A stretch of DNA of 64,000 bases from Pseudomonadota bacterium (GTDB lineage Bacteria; Pseudomonadota; Alphaproteobacteria; Rhodobacterales; Rhodobacteraceae): NCBI GenBank assembly GCA_039179985.1, contig JBCDED010000009.1:147-64146 (forward strand), given 5' to 3'. Below, piece by piece: positions 46,167 to 55,356 of this stretch. Both the position numbers and the translations under genes were made by a program. The first letter of the stretch is position 1, and each line of letters begins with the position of its first letter. Below the pieces are notes generated by a model that saw only the letters and a list, made by a program, of their open reading frames with translations, was not told where the DNA came from and made no database searches.

Positions 46167-47381
46167 TCAAAAGAACGCCTGCAGACCCGTCTGCGCGCGG
46201 CCAAGGATCAGTGCGTGGACATCGTGGGTGCCTTCGTAGGTGTTCACCGTTTCAAGGTTCTGGGCGTGGCGCATGACCTGATACTCTGCCATGATCCCGT
46301 TGCCTCCGTGCATGTCCCGCGCCATGCGCGCAATGTCGAGGGCTTTGCCGCAGTTGTTGCGCTTGATCAGGCTGATCGCCTCGGGCGCGGCGTCGCCTTC
46401 GTCCATCATGCGCCCCACCCGGAGTGCCGCCTGAAGGCCAAGGGTGATCTCTGTCTGCATATCTGCCAGCTTCTTTTGATAAAGCTGCGTCTGCGCCAGA
46501 GGCTTGCCGAATTGCGTCCGGTCAAGCCCGTATTGCCGGGCGCGGTGCCAGCAGGCCTCTGCCGCGCCCATCACGCCCCAGGCGATACCGTAGCGTGCAC
46601 GGTTCAGGCAGCCGAAGGGCCCTTTGAGACCTTCGACACCCGGCAAGAGCGCGTCTTCTCCAACCTCGACATTGTCCATGACGATCTCGCCCGTCACGCT
46701 GGCGCGCAGGCTGAGCTTGCCACCGATCTTGGGGGCCGAAAGGCCCGCCATTCCTTTTTCAAGCACGAAACCGCGGATCTTGCCGCCATGGGCCTCGGAT
46801 TTCGCCCAGATCACGAAGACATCGGCAATCGGACTGTTCGAGATCCACATCTTCGCGCCGTTGATGACATAGCCGCCCTCTGTCCTGCGGGCGGTGGTCT
46901 TCATACCGGCAGGATCGGAACCGGCATCAGGTTCGGTAAGACCGAAGCAGCCGATCAGCGTGCCGCCTGCCAGCCCTGGCAGGTACTTCTGGCGTTGCGC
47001 ATCCGTTCCGTAGGCATGGATGGGATACATCACGAGGCTGGACTGAACGCTCATCATCGAACGGTAGCCTGAGTCCACGCGTTCGATTTCACGCGCCACC
47101 AGGCCGTAAGTGACATAGCCCGCGCCGAGCCCGCCGTAGTCTTCCGGGATGGTTATGCCAAGCAGGCCCATCTCGCCCATTTCGGCAAAAACCTCGGGCG
47201 CCACGACCTCGTTGAGATAGGCGTCGTCAACCCGCGGCACAAGCTTGTCCGAAGCATAGGCTGCCGCGCTGTCGGCCACCATGCGCTCATCTTCCGTCAG
47301 CTGCCGAGACAAAAGAAACGGGTCCGTCCAGTCGAAGGTGCCCAGCGATGGCCCGTGGCCGATGTTCTGTCCGTCTGCCAT
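46167..47381 (-). CDS. gcdH: Glutaryl-CoA dehydrogenase-like acyl-CoA dehydrogenase
   Basis: 404-aa [12 protein letters not shown]...LTEDERMV...[17 protein letters not shown]...MWISNSP...[14 protein letters not shown] matches the GCDH subfamily pattern. Confidence 0.88.
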   Translation of the reverse strand: MADGQNIGHGPSLGTFDWTDPFLLSRQLTEDERMVADSAAAYASDKLVPRVDDAYLNEVVAPEVFAEMGEMGLLGITIPEDYGGLGAGYVTYGLVAREIERVDSGYRSMMSVQSSLVMYPIHAYGTDAQRQKYLPGLAGGTLIGCFGLTEPDAGSDPAGMKTTARRTEGGYVINGAKMWISNSPIADVFVIWAKSEAHGGKIRGFVLEKGMAGLSAPKIGGKLSLRASVTGEIVMDNVEVGEDALLPGVEGLKGPFGCLNRARYGIAWGVMGAAEACWHRARQYGLDRTQFGKPLAQTQLYQKKLADMQTEITLGLQAALRVGRMMDEGDAAPEAISLIKRNNCGKALDIARMARDMHGGNGIMAEYQVMRHAQNLETVNTYEGTHDVHALILGRAQTGLQAFF

Positions 47382-47393
47382 GTGCAGGTCTCC

Positions 47394-48776
47394 CTATTTG
47401 GCCACGCCCTGGGATCCCGCAATGCGCCCCAGAACCACGGCCGACAAAAGTCCGTTGCCAGATAAATAGCCCGTATCGCCTCTGCCGGACACCCCGCAGG
47501 CCGCGCCCCCGGCGGCAAAGAGGTTGGGCAAAACGCCGCCCTCTGCCCGCTTCACGCGCGCGGTGGCGTCAATGTCGAGCCCGCCTTGAGTGTGAAAGAG
47601 CGCGCCGGTGACCTGCACCGCCAGGTAGGGCGGCTGCAAATCCGGCGTGTCGGACCAGTCGCGGCCGAAGCTGTCCCGACCTTGTCGCGAAGCAAAACTT
47701 GCCTCAAGCGCGCGTTCCGATACACCGATCTGGTCCGCGAGGTCCGCAAGAGTGGCCGCGGCGAGCAAGGCGTTCTGCGCTTCGGCCTGACGAAAATCCT
47801 CGAACTGGCGGGCAATTGCGGCGATGCGGTTGTCGAAGATACTCCAGACGGTGCCGCCCGGCTGAGCCAGAACTGCGCGCGCCGCTTCGGAATACCCCTG
47901 CGCCTCATTCCAGAACCGTGCGCCGTCGCGGTTCACCTGAAACCCGCCTCCGGTGATCACTGCCCAGGTAATCAGGATGCCGTGGGGATGCGCCACATTG
48001 CCGTGGCCCTGATAGGCGCCCAGATGGCGCGTCGCGGCCCCCAGGGCGCGGCCCCAGTCCAGGGCTTCGCCCTGATTGCCTGCATGGCCGAAGTAAAGAG
48101 CCTCGTCGATTCCCGGCATATGCGTGCTGACCTTCGCTGCGTTTCCGCCGAACCCGTTGCAGGCAAGGATAAGGCGCTGGCACCCAACTGTTTCACCGGC
48201 ACCGTTTGGCAAGACCGCGCGCAGCCCGGTTACCCGCTGACCTGCGTCCGCAAAAAGGTCCGCAACCGTCCGCTCGCAGAGTATATCCACTCCGGCCCTT
48301 TCGCAGGCTGCCCGCAGGGCGTCGATCAGCTCAGCGCCCGACCTTGTGGGCAGGCCATGCATGCGCCGCGCGCCGTGGCCGGGGTAGTCAAAATCGTCCA
48401 CAAGGCTGAAGGGCAATCCGTGGTGGTCCGCCAGCCACTCGATGGCGGGAGCCGCGCCTTCGGTCAGTGCGGCGACAATGGCCGCGTCAGGCTCACCCGC
48501 CGCCTTGGCCATGATGTCCGCCGCGAAACCGCCGGGCGAGTCAGCAATGCCAGCGTGTCCTTGAAACCGGGTGCCCGCCGCAGGGATCAGCCCTGCTGAG
48601 AGAGATGTGGACCCCGCCGGCACCGCGTCGCGTTCGAGCACCAGGACGGACTGATCCGCCTGCACTGCCGCCAGCGCGGCGACCAGCCCGCAGGCGCCCG
48701 CACCGATGATTACCGTTTCGACCTCGGCGTCGAAACCCGCGGGAGTTGGCAGAATGCCGGCCTCAGCCTGTGTCAT
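47394..48776 (-). CDS. FAD_binding_2 flavoprotein (soluble fumarate reductase / TcuA / KstD-like)
   Basis: ORF track gives 47394..48803. ATG at 48776 (MTQAEAGIL), then the dinucleotide fold VIIGAGACGLVAALAA. C-terminal LFAAGGAACGVSG. Confidence 0.85.
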   Translation of the reverse strand: MTQAEAGILPTPAGFDAEVETVIIGAGACGLVAALAAVQADQSVLVLERDAVPAGSTSLSAGLIPAAGTRFQGHAGIADSPGGFAADIMAKAAGEPDAAIVAALTEGAAPAIEWLADHHGLPFSLVDDFDYPGHGARRMHGLPTRSGAELIDALRAACERAGVDILCERTVADLFADAGQRVTGLRAVLPNGAGETVGCQRLILACNGFGGNAAKVSTHMPGIDEALYFGHAGNQGEALDWGRALGAATRHLGAYQGHGNVAHPHGILITWAVITGGGFQVNRDGARFWNEAQGYSEAARAVLAQPGGTVWSIFDNRIAAIARQFEDFRQAEAQNALLAAATLADLADQIGVSERALEASFASRQGRDSFGRDWSDTPDLQPPYLAVQVTGALFHTQGGLDIDATARVKRAEGGVLPNLFAAGGAACGVSGRGDTGYLSGNGLLSAVVLGRIAGSQGVAK

Positions 48777-49623
48777 AGGTTTTGCCGCGCGCCAGCACCG
48801 CATCGGTGCCCAGAAGGCCGTTCAGCCCCCGGAAATCGTACATCCTGTCCGAGAAGGGTCGGTTCGATCCATGGGCCGCGAGGCTCTGATAATACTCCAC
48901 CGCCGTCTTGGCGAGCGCGCGGACGATCCCGCCGGGAAAGATCACCAGCGAAAACCCTTGCACTTCGAGGTCGGCGGCACTGCGCATGGGCGTGGCGCCG
49001 CCTTCGACCATATTGGCCATCAACGGGACTGTGCCGCCAAAGGCTTGTGTGATCGCGGAAAGCTGATCCAGCGACTGCGGCGCCTCGATGAAAAGCGCGT
49101 CCGCCCCTGCGTCGACATAGGCGTCCGCGCGGTCCATGGCCGCCGCAAAACCTTCCACAGCGATCGCGTCCGTGCGGGCAATGACAAGCGTTTCGTCGCT
49201 CTGGCGGGCATCGCACATGGCGCGAATCTTGCCGCACATCTCGTCCGCCGTGATCAGCGATTTATCGGCCAGATGACCGCAGCGCTTGGGCGAGGTCTGG
49301 TCCTCAAGCTGCAGGGCTGAAGCGCCCGCGCGTTCATAGCTGCGCATGGTGCGCTGCGCGTTCAACGCATTGCCAAAACCGGTATCCGCGTCGATGACAA
49401 CGGGCAGACCCACGCGATCCCGGATCAAAGACAGCGTATCCGCCATCTCGGACACGGAAGTGAGCCCGATATCAGGCCCGCCAAGCCGCGTATAGGCCAC
49501 AGCGGCCCCCGACAGGTAAAGCGCCTCGAACCCGGCCTGCTCGGCGATGGACGCGGTCAGCGCATCGAAGACGCCGGGCGCCACGAGGATCTTGTCGCCG
49601 GAAAGCCGGGCACGCAGGGTCAC
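48763..49623 (-). CDS. Isocitrate lyase/PEP mutase superfamily C-C lyase (methylisocitrate/dimethylmalate lyase-like)
   Basis: Active-site loop EDQTSPKRCGH. The KRCGH codons at 49287..49273 were checked (AAG CGC TGC GGT CAT). Also DADTGFG. Confidence 0.85.
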   Translation of the reverse strand: MTLRARLSGDKILVAPGVFDALTASIAEQAGFEALYLSGAAVAYTRLGGPDIGLTSVSEMADTLSLIRDRVGLPVVIDADTGFGNALNAQRTMRSYERAGASALQLEDQTSPKRCGHLADKSLITADEMCGKIRAMCDARQSDETLVIARTDAIAVEGFAAAMDRADAYVDAGADALFIEAPQSLDQLSAITQAFGGTVPLMANMVEGGATPMRSAADLEVQGFSLVIFPGGIVRALAKTAVEYYQSLAAHGSNRPFSDRMYDFRGLNGLLGTDAVLARGKTYDTG

Positions 49624-50240
49624 GTGGCACCTCCGATCCAGTGCTGAGCCTCGACGCAGGTCAGTTGTGGCGTGACGGACGCGAGCGACAGCAGCGTGGC
49701 GTCATGCACTTCTTGCTGGAAGGCCGCGCAGCCGTCGCTGAGAAGCACGGTGTCGATATTGCGCAGATGCGCATCGCGCACGGTACTCGCCACGCCGCCA
49801 TTGGTGACGATCCCGCCAATGATCAGCGTCTCTATACCGAGCGCGCGCAGGATGTATTCCAGCCGCGTTTGATAGAGCGCGGAATAGGCCACTTTCTCGA
49901 TGGTGAAATCCGCAGGTGCAAGCTCGTCAACCAGGTCGTGCCCCCAGGCACCGGGGGCGAAATCGCCCTTACCGAGAAAAGGGCGCAGGGTTTTGAGATG
50001 CGGTGCGATCAGCGGTTCGCCATCTGGCCCCGGGACCAGCGTGAACTGGGCCGAAATGTAGGTGCCGCCCGCGGCGCGCAGAGCATCAATGACAGGTTTC
50101 ACGCGGTCTGGAAGCGCCACGATGGCGGCCGCGGACTGACCCGCGCGGCCATAGGCGCCCTCCGCGTGCAGAAAATCATTCTGCAGATCGATGGTCAGCA
50201 GCGCAGTCTGTGCCGGACGGGTTGCTGGAAGGGCGCTCAT
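49620..50240 (-). CDS. Isochorismatase-like hydrolase family protein lacking the nucleophilic Cys
   Basis: LLTIDLQNDF (Asp) and EKVAYSA (Lys) are present. The Cys position reads TNGGVAST (49805..49782) where cysteine-hydrolase members have TNxCVxST. Confidence 0.8.
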   Translation of the reverse strand: MSALPATRPAQTALLTIDLQNDFLHAEGAYGRAGQSAAAIVALPDRVKPVIDALRAAGGTYISAQFTLVPGPDGEPLIAPHLKTLRPFLGKGDFAPGAWGHDLVDELAPADFTIEKVAYSALYQTRLEYILRALGIETLIIGGIVTNGGVASTVRDAHLRNIDTVLLSDGCAAFQQEVHDATLLSLASVTPQLTCVEAQHWIGGAT

Positions 50241-52309
50241 GTGGCGGGCTCCTTTCTCGACAGGATGACGTTGCCAAATGTGTCCACGCGGCCGATGAGC
50301 CCCGGATCGATAACGATTGTCGTGTCGGGTTGTTCCAGAATGGCGGGCCCGTCGATCTCTGCGCCGACGGGCAAATTGAGGCGGTTGTAGATCCGGGTGT
50401 CGTGCCAGTCGGTGGCAAAGTGGACGCGCCGGCGGCCCTTCAAGGCAGCCTCTGTGCTGAGATCGCCGGTGGGCGCAAGCCCGCTGAGGTCCAGCTTGGC
50501 CCGGCGACCGATGACCGAAGTGCGCAGATTGATGACCCGGCGCGCGCCACCCGCCAAAAGCCGCCCGTAGGTCTTCAGATATGCCGCGTCAAAGGCCGCC
50601 TCGATCTGCGGCGCGTCGATCGGGTGCAAGCCTTTTTCACACACTGTGACCGGGATCGGCACCGAAATCGTGTGCGTCTGGCCAAGGTAGGCCATGTCGA
50701 GCGCAACCTCGACGTTCCGCGCCTCGATCCGACCCTTGGCGGCGTCAAGCAGGGCGTTGCCCTCGGCGAGATGCGCCGAGATCACGCCCATCAGCGCCTC
50801 GGTATCCAGTGCCTCCACCAGGGTGTTGATCGTTTGCACGAAGTCATGGCGCATATCCGCGATCACGCAGCCCATGGCCGAGGTGACGCCGGGATAGCGC
50901 GGGACTATCGCCCGGCCGATACCGACCTCAGCCAGCATCGCGCCCGCATGGAGCGCGCCGCCCCCACCGAATGGCATGAAGGCAAAGCGCTTGGGGTCAT
51001 GGCCGCGTTCGATGCTGATCAGCCGGATCGCCCCGGCCATGCGTGAGTTTGCGACGGTCAGAATGGCTTCTGCCGCCGCCACCGCTGAAAGACCAAGCGG
51101 AACGCCAACATGGGTTTCGATCGCGGCACGCGCTGCGCCTTCGTCAAGGCATTCAAGTGCGCCGCCGATGGGGTTTTCCACGTCGATCCGGCCCAGCACA
51201 ACATTGGCGTCGGTCACCGTGGGCCGGTCGTTGCCCAGACCGTAGGCCACCGGCCCCGGGTTCGACCCGGCACTCTCCGGCCCGATGTTAAGGAGCCCGC
51301 CCTTATCGACCCAGGCGATCGAGCCACCACCCGCGCCGATGGTCGCGATTTCGATCATCGGTTGGCGGATCACCATACCGAAATCGATGGAGGTCTGCGG
51401 GCTGAGCACCGTGCGCCCGCCCGCGATCAGCGAAACGTCGAAACTCGTGCCGCCCATATCGCCCGTGATTACGTCGGGAAACCCGGCCGTTTCGGCGATG
51501 TATCCGGCCGCAATCACGCCCGCTGCTGGACCCGAGAGCGCCGTGCGCACGGGCCGGGCCTGCGCCGTCCCTGCACCCATCACCCCGCCGGTTGACTGGA
51601 CGATCAGGAACTCGCCTCCAAAGCCGCCTTTACTCAGCGCGCCGTCGAGCCTTTGGATGTAACCGGCGACCTCAGGCTGCAGATAGGCGTTGAGGGCAGT
51701 GGTTGAAAAGCGCTCAAATTCGCGGATCTCGGGTAGGATTTCATGGGATGCAGAGACATGGGCGTTTGGCCAGACCGCACGCAGCACGCCAAGGGCTGCG
51801 CGTTCATTGCGAGGGTTCGCGTAGGCGTTGACGAAAAGCACCGCAACGGCGGTGCAACCTGCCTCCTCAAGCGCGCGCGCGGCCTTACGCACGGCCTCCA
51901 GATCGGCGGGGGTCTCCACTGTCCCGTCGGCCAGCGTGCGTTCGGGCACTTCGCGCCGCAGGGCGCGACTGACCACAGGGTCGAAATCACCGCGCAGACC
52001 CCAGGTGTCCCTGCGGTCGCGGCGGCGCATTTCAAGCACGTCCTTGAAACCCGCCGTCGTGATCACCCCGATCCGGGCGCCCTTTCGTTCCAACAGCGCG
52101 TTGGTTCCTGCCGTCGTACCATGGACAACCGCACCGACCGAGGCGAGGTCGTCCGTAGCCTCCCAAATACCCGACAAGAACCCGCCGGACTGGTCAGGCC
52201 GGGTTGTGGGTACTTTCGCCACGCGCGCCTCGCCCGTGGCTTCGTCGAGCACGAAGACATCCGTAAACGTGCCGCCAACATCGACGCCGACCATCTTCGG
52301 CCCGCTCAT
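50237..52309 (-). CDS. Hydantoinase/oxoprolinase family protein, A (HyuA-like) subunit
   Basis: 690-aa ORF with N-terminal MVGVDVGGTFTDVFV and a second ASKHA-like fold GGDMGGTSFDV. Confidence 0.9.
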   Translation of the reverse strand: MSGPKMVGVDVGGTFTDVFVLDEATGEARVAKVPTTRPDQSGGFLSGIWEATDDLASVGAVVHGTTAGTNALLERKGARIGVITTAGFKDVLEMRRRDRRDTWGLRGDFDPVVSRALRREVPERTLADGTVETPADLEAVRKAARALEEAGCTAVAVLFVNAYANPRNERAALGVLRAVWPNAHVSASHEILPEIREFERFSTTALNAYLQPEVAGYIQRLDGALSKGGFGGEFLIVQSTGGVMGAGTAQARPVRTALSGPAAGVIAAGYIAETAGFPDVITGDMGGTSFDVSLIAGGRTVLSPQTSIDFGMVIRQPMIEIATIGAGGGSIAWVDKGGLLNIGPESAGSNPGPVAYGLGNDRPTVTDANVVLGRIDVENPIGGALECLDEGAARAAIETHVGVPLGLSAVAAAEAILTVANSRMAGAIRLISIERGHDPKRFAFMPFGGGGALHAGAMLAEVGIGRAIVPRYPGVTSAMGCVIADMRHDFVQTINTLVEALDTEALMGVISAHLAEGNALLDAAKGRIEARNVEVALDMAYLGQTHTISVPIPVTVCEKGLHPIDAPQIEAAFDAAYLKTYGRLLAGGARRVINLRTSVIGRRAKLDLSGLAPTGDLSTEAALKGRRRVHFATDWHDTRIYNRLNLPVGAEIDGPAILEQPDTTIVIDPGLIGRVDTFGNVILSRKEPAT

Positions 52310-54000
52310 GGCGCCACCTCCCGCCAGGCCGGGCCGTAGAGGTCGGTTGCCGCGTCCGGGGTCAGGTAACCTTCCGCGACGTCCCGCGCGACGGCTTCGG
52401 GCGCCCGCTCGGACGGGTCTCCGTAGCCTCCGCCGCCGGGTGTCTCAAGACGCACCCGTTGGCCGCGCGTCAGCTCGATGCCGACGGCTTTTGAAACCAG
52501 CCGGGGTGCGTGCCAGTTGCCATCGTCCTGCTCAAAGGCAAAGGCATTCTTGGCGGCCTCCTTGCCACCGGACACCCCTTTCGGGGCGTGCCGGCCCCTT
52601 TCTCCGAACAGAAACGCCCGCGCGTCCTCTTCCAGAAGTTCGATCTCGTAGACGGCCCCTAGCCCGCCCCGATGGGCGCCCGCGCCCCCGCTGTCGGGCC
52701 GAAGAGCCCATTGGCGAAAGGCCACAGGGTACGCCGCTTCGAGAATCTCCGCAGGCGGAATCGTCGCCGTGGAGATCGGCGCGTTGCCGTGGTTCAGCCC
52801 GTCACACTCGGGCGAGCCCCCATGACCGCCCCCGTAAAAGCTGAACATGACCCAGGGCTGGCCGTTTTCGCGACGCCCGGAGATCGAAAGGGCATTGATA
52901 GTCCCGTAGGCATTCGCCACCACACGGTCCGGCGCGGCAGCAGCCGCTGCCGAGAAGATCACATCGATCATCCGCAGGATGGTCTCGGTGTAGCCTCCAG
53001 TCGGCGCGGGAAACTCCGCCGCAAGCAACGAGCCTTCGGGCACCACGATATCAATGGGCCGCATCACGCCCGCATTTGCGGGCAGCGCAGGGAAGATGTG
53101 CTTGATTGCCACGTAGGTCGCCGCGATGGTGGTCGGCAGGGCGATGTTCACGGGCCCCGCGGTCGCCGGTGCGGTGCCCGTAAAGTCCAGCGTCAGCCGG
53201 TCGCCAGCAACCTCGAAAGCCACGTTGATCGGCAATTCATCCGGTGAGATGCCGTCGTTATCGAGGTAATCCTGCGCCTCCCAGCGGCCATCGGGCAGCC
53301 CGTCGATCTCGGCCCGCATCAGCGTTTCGGCACGGTCGGACAGGGCCGTCAGCGCCGCCTTCACCGTGTCCGTGCCATATTCGTCGATCAGCTCGTCGAG
53401 CCGCCGGACACCGAGATCGAGGGCGTTCAGCTGGCCGTCGAGATCGCCCTGCGCGGACTGCGGCAGCCGGGTGTTACGCATAAGGATGTCAACGATATCG
53501 CGCTGTATGATGCCGGCGCGCTGCAACCGGACGGGTGGCAGGACGAAGGCCTCCTGAAATACCTCGGTGGCAGATGGGTTGTAGTTGCCCGGCACCGCAC
53601 CGCCCACGTCGTGCCAGTGCCCCACCGACGCAAGGTAGCAAAAGACCGCGCCGTCGCGAAAGTAGGGCCGCACGAGCCGCATGTCCGATAGGTGGGTGCC
53701 GCCGATATGGGCGTCGTTGAAAATGTAGACGTCCCCGTCTGCCAGATCGCCATCGGCTGCCGCCTTGTCGATCACGGCCTTCACAGCAAAAGACATCACG
53801 CCCACGAAAATCGGCAACCCGGATTTGCCCTGCACCAGCGTGTCGCCCGTCTCGGCATGGTAGAGCCCGTGGCTGGCATCATGGGCTTCGGCGATGATCG
53901 GGTTGAAAGCGCTGCGAAACAGCACCGCGTCCATTTCGTCGGCGATCTGCTCCATCCGGCCCGCGAGGACGGCAAGGGTGACGCCGTCAATCTCGGGCAT
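52306..54000 (-). CDS. Hydantoinase B/oxoprolinase family protein (HyuB-like subunit)
   Basis: 564-aa ORF with the typical start region LAVLAGRMEQIADEMDAVLFRSAFNPIIAEAHDASHGLY. 4-nt overlap with hyuA. Confidence 0.9.
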   Translation of the reverse strand: MPEIDGVTLAVLAGRMEQIADEMDAVLFRSAFNPIIAEAHDASHGLYHAETGDTLVQGKSGLPIFVGVMSFAVKAVIDKAAADGDLADGDVYIFNDAHIGGTHLSDMRLVRPYFRDGAVFCYLASVGHWHDVGGAVPGNYNPSATEVFQEAFVLPPVRLQRAGIIQRDIVDILMRNTRLPQSAQGDLDGQLNALDLGVRRLDELIDEYGTDTVKAALTALSDRAETLMRAEIDGLPDGRWEAQDYLDNDGISPDELPINVAFEVAGDRLTLDFTGTAPATAGPVNIALPTTIAATYVAIKHIFPALPANAGVMRPIDIVVPEGSLLAAEFPAPTGGYTETILRMIDVIFSAAAAAAPDRVVANAYGTINALSISGRRENGQPWVMFSFYGGGHGGSPECDGLNHGNAPISTATIPPAEILEAAYPVAFRQWALRPDSGGAGAHRGGLGAVYEIELLEEDARAFLFGERGRHAPKGVSGGKEAAKNAFAFEQDDGNWHAPRLVSKAVGIELTRGQRVRLETPGGGGYGDPSERAPEAVARDVAEGYLTPDAATDLYGPAWREVAP

Positions 54001-54412
54001 GTTTCACCTCCGCAAGATCGTTCCAGACGTCCTGCCGGTGGATTTGCCCGTCGCGCACCACAAAGCGGTCGATAAAGCGAATGCCGTCGAAGGGCGTGCC
54101 GTCCGGCCAGGCGCCACTGAGCGTCCCGCGGCTGTAAACAACCTCCTCGCCGGCGCCCGGCACCAGATCGAAACCGTCGAAGGATTTGGCCACCCGGCGA
54201 TAGCGCGGCGCGGCCCAGGTGATAAGATCGTGGAGGCGATGAAAGCACGCACCGCCAGGGAAGGTCATCTCGGCCCCGGCAGCAAGTAAGGTCGAAGCCG
54301 TTGGCAAATCGCGAGCTTCAAGTGCCACTAGAAACCGCCGGACAACATGGACGGACCCGCCCGGATGCTCGGATGAACCAGTCGACGGATCGGTGTTCTT
54401 TGCCAGCGTCAA
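53987..54412 (-). CDS. Small NTF2/SnoaL-like protein
   Basis: ORF track gives 53987..54442 (TTG). I prefer the in-frame TTG at 54412 because GGAGGA lies 5-6 nt upstream. VVRRFLVALEARDLPTASTLLA is a typical SnoaL-like opening. Its 3' end overlaps hyuB by 14 nt. Start and family are both uncertain. Confidence 0.55.
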   Translation of the reverse strand: MTLAKNTDPSTGSSEHPGGSVHVVRRFLVALEARDLPTASTLLAAGAEMTFPGGACFHRLHDLITWAAPRYRRVAKSFDGFDLVPGAGEEVVYSRGTLSGAWPDGTPFDGIRFIDRFVVRDGQIHRQDVWNDLAEVKHARD

Positions 54413-54471
54413 ACGTATCCTCCCCAAAAGTGCGCATATCAATAATACAGAAATACGCCCTGTAAAGACAT

Positions 54472-54499
54472 AAATCTGTCTGATCTATAGAACAGATTT
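54472..54499. promoter_or_regulatory. Candidate operator: 8-bp perfect inverted repeat AAATCTGT-N12-ACAGATTT in the AT-rich divergent spacer
   Basis: Read directly between the NTF2-like/hyu operon and gntR (ATG 54556). Confidence 0.4.
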
Positions 54500-54555
54500 C
54501 TTGATTTTGCACCAGACCGCTGCTAGCAAGCCGTAACTTAGTGTGGGGAGACGCG

Positions 54556-55356
54556 ATGTCAGCACTGCAGGAACAGACGCTACCGGAGGGCGGAAAAGCC
54601 CGGCGTGTGTACTTGTTGTTGCGCGATGAAATCGTGAACGGCCTTCACCGTCCGGGTCAGACGCTGCCCAGCGAACAAAGGCTTTGCACGGAATACGCCG
54701 TCAGCCGCGTGACTGTGCGCCGCGCGCTCGATGCGCTGGAAAGCGACGGGCTCATTGAAAAGCGCGTGGGCTCGGGCAGCCGAGTGACCGGTAGCGCCGA
54801 AGCCGCCACGCTGCCTGGCGATATCGCGACACTGATGCCCCAGGTGGCGGATATGGGCCAGAACACCACGGCGCGGCTTTTGTCTTTCACCTACGCCATC
54901 CCGCCCGAGGCCATCGCCACAGCCCTTGGTCTTGCCGACGCGGAAGAGGTGCAGAGAGCCGTGCGCGTGCGCGAGGTCAGCGGGCGGCCCTTCTCGCACC
55001 TTACAACCTTCGTGCCCGCCGATATCGCCCGGCACTATTCCGAGGCGGATCTGGCAACGGCCCCGCTTTTTCGCCTGCTCGAACGCTCGGGCGTGCGCAT
55101 CGACACCGCCAGCCAGTCCGTGACCGCGACGCTCGCCACGCCCGAGGTGGCGGAAGCGCTTGAAATCGCCGCCGGCTCGGCTCTTTTGATGCTGACGCGG
55201 GTCGTCCGGGCGCAGGACGGGCGCGGGGTCGAGCATCTGACGGCGCTTTACCGGCCCGATACTTTCCGACTCGACATGACCCTCAGCCGCGTGGACGGCA
55301 GCGGCGGGCGCAAATGGGAACCCGTGATCGGCGCAGACGCTGAGGCCGGGCCATGA
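54556..55356 (+). CDS. GntR family (HutC/UTRA subfamily) transcriptional regulator
   Basis: ORF track start is GTG 54541; ATG 54556 has GGAG 7 nt upstream. wHTH: LPSEQRLCTEYAVSRVTVRRALDALESDGLIEKRVGSGSRV. Its stop overlaps the next gene's start (ATGA). Confidence 0.9.
   Translation: MSALQEQTLPEGGKARRVYLLLRDEIVNGLHRPGQTLPSEQRLCTEYAVSRVTVRRALDALESDGLIEKRVGSGSRVTGSAEAATLPGDIATLMPQVADMGQNTTARLLSFTYAIPPEAIATALGLADAEEVQRAVRVREVSGRPFSHLTTFVPADIARHYSEADLATAPLFRLLERSGVRIDTASQSVTATLATPEVAEALEIAAGSALLMLTRVVRAQDGRGVEHLTALYRPDTFRLDMTLSRVDGSGGRKWEPVIGADAEAGP

Noticed and set aside
45753-47072. 439-aa plus-strand ORF. Similar long ORFs occur at 18931..20130, 21376..22353, 39774..40718, 40965..42092, 47586..48599, 51828..52844, 55248..56297 and 61181..62335
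   Set aside because: All lie antisense to genes with strong family signatures (gcdH, the ASL-like gene, a permease, coxL, the FAD protein, hyuA/B, the leuC-like gene, kefC). Their composition is typical of non-coding reverse frames, and none has its own RBS or intergenic context.
50237-54000. Interpreting HyuA/HyuB as acetone carboxylase or as 5-oxoprolinase specifically
   Set aside because: The HyuB-like subunit is of the short (~560 aa) type and no gamma-subunit-like gene is present, which argues against acetone carboxylase. I see nothing in the sequence that fixes the substrate, so only the family-level call is justified.
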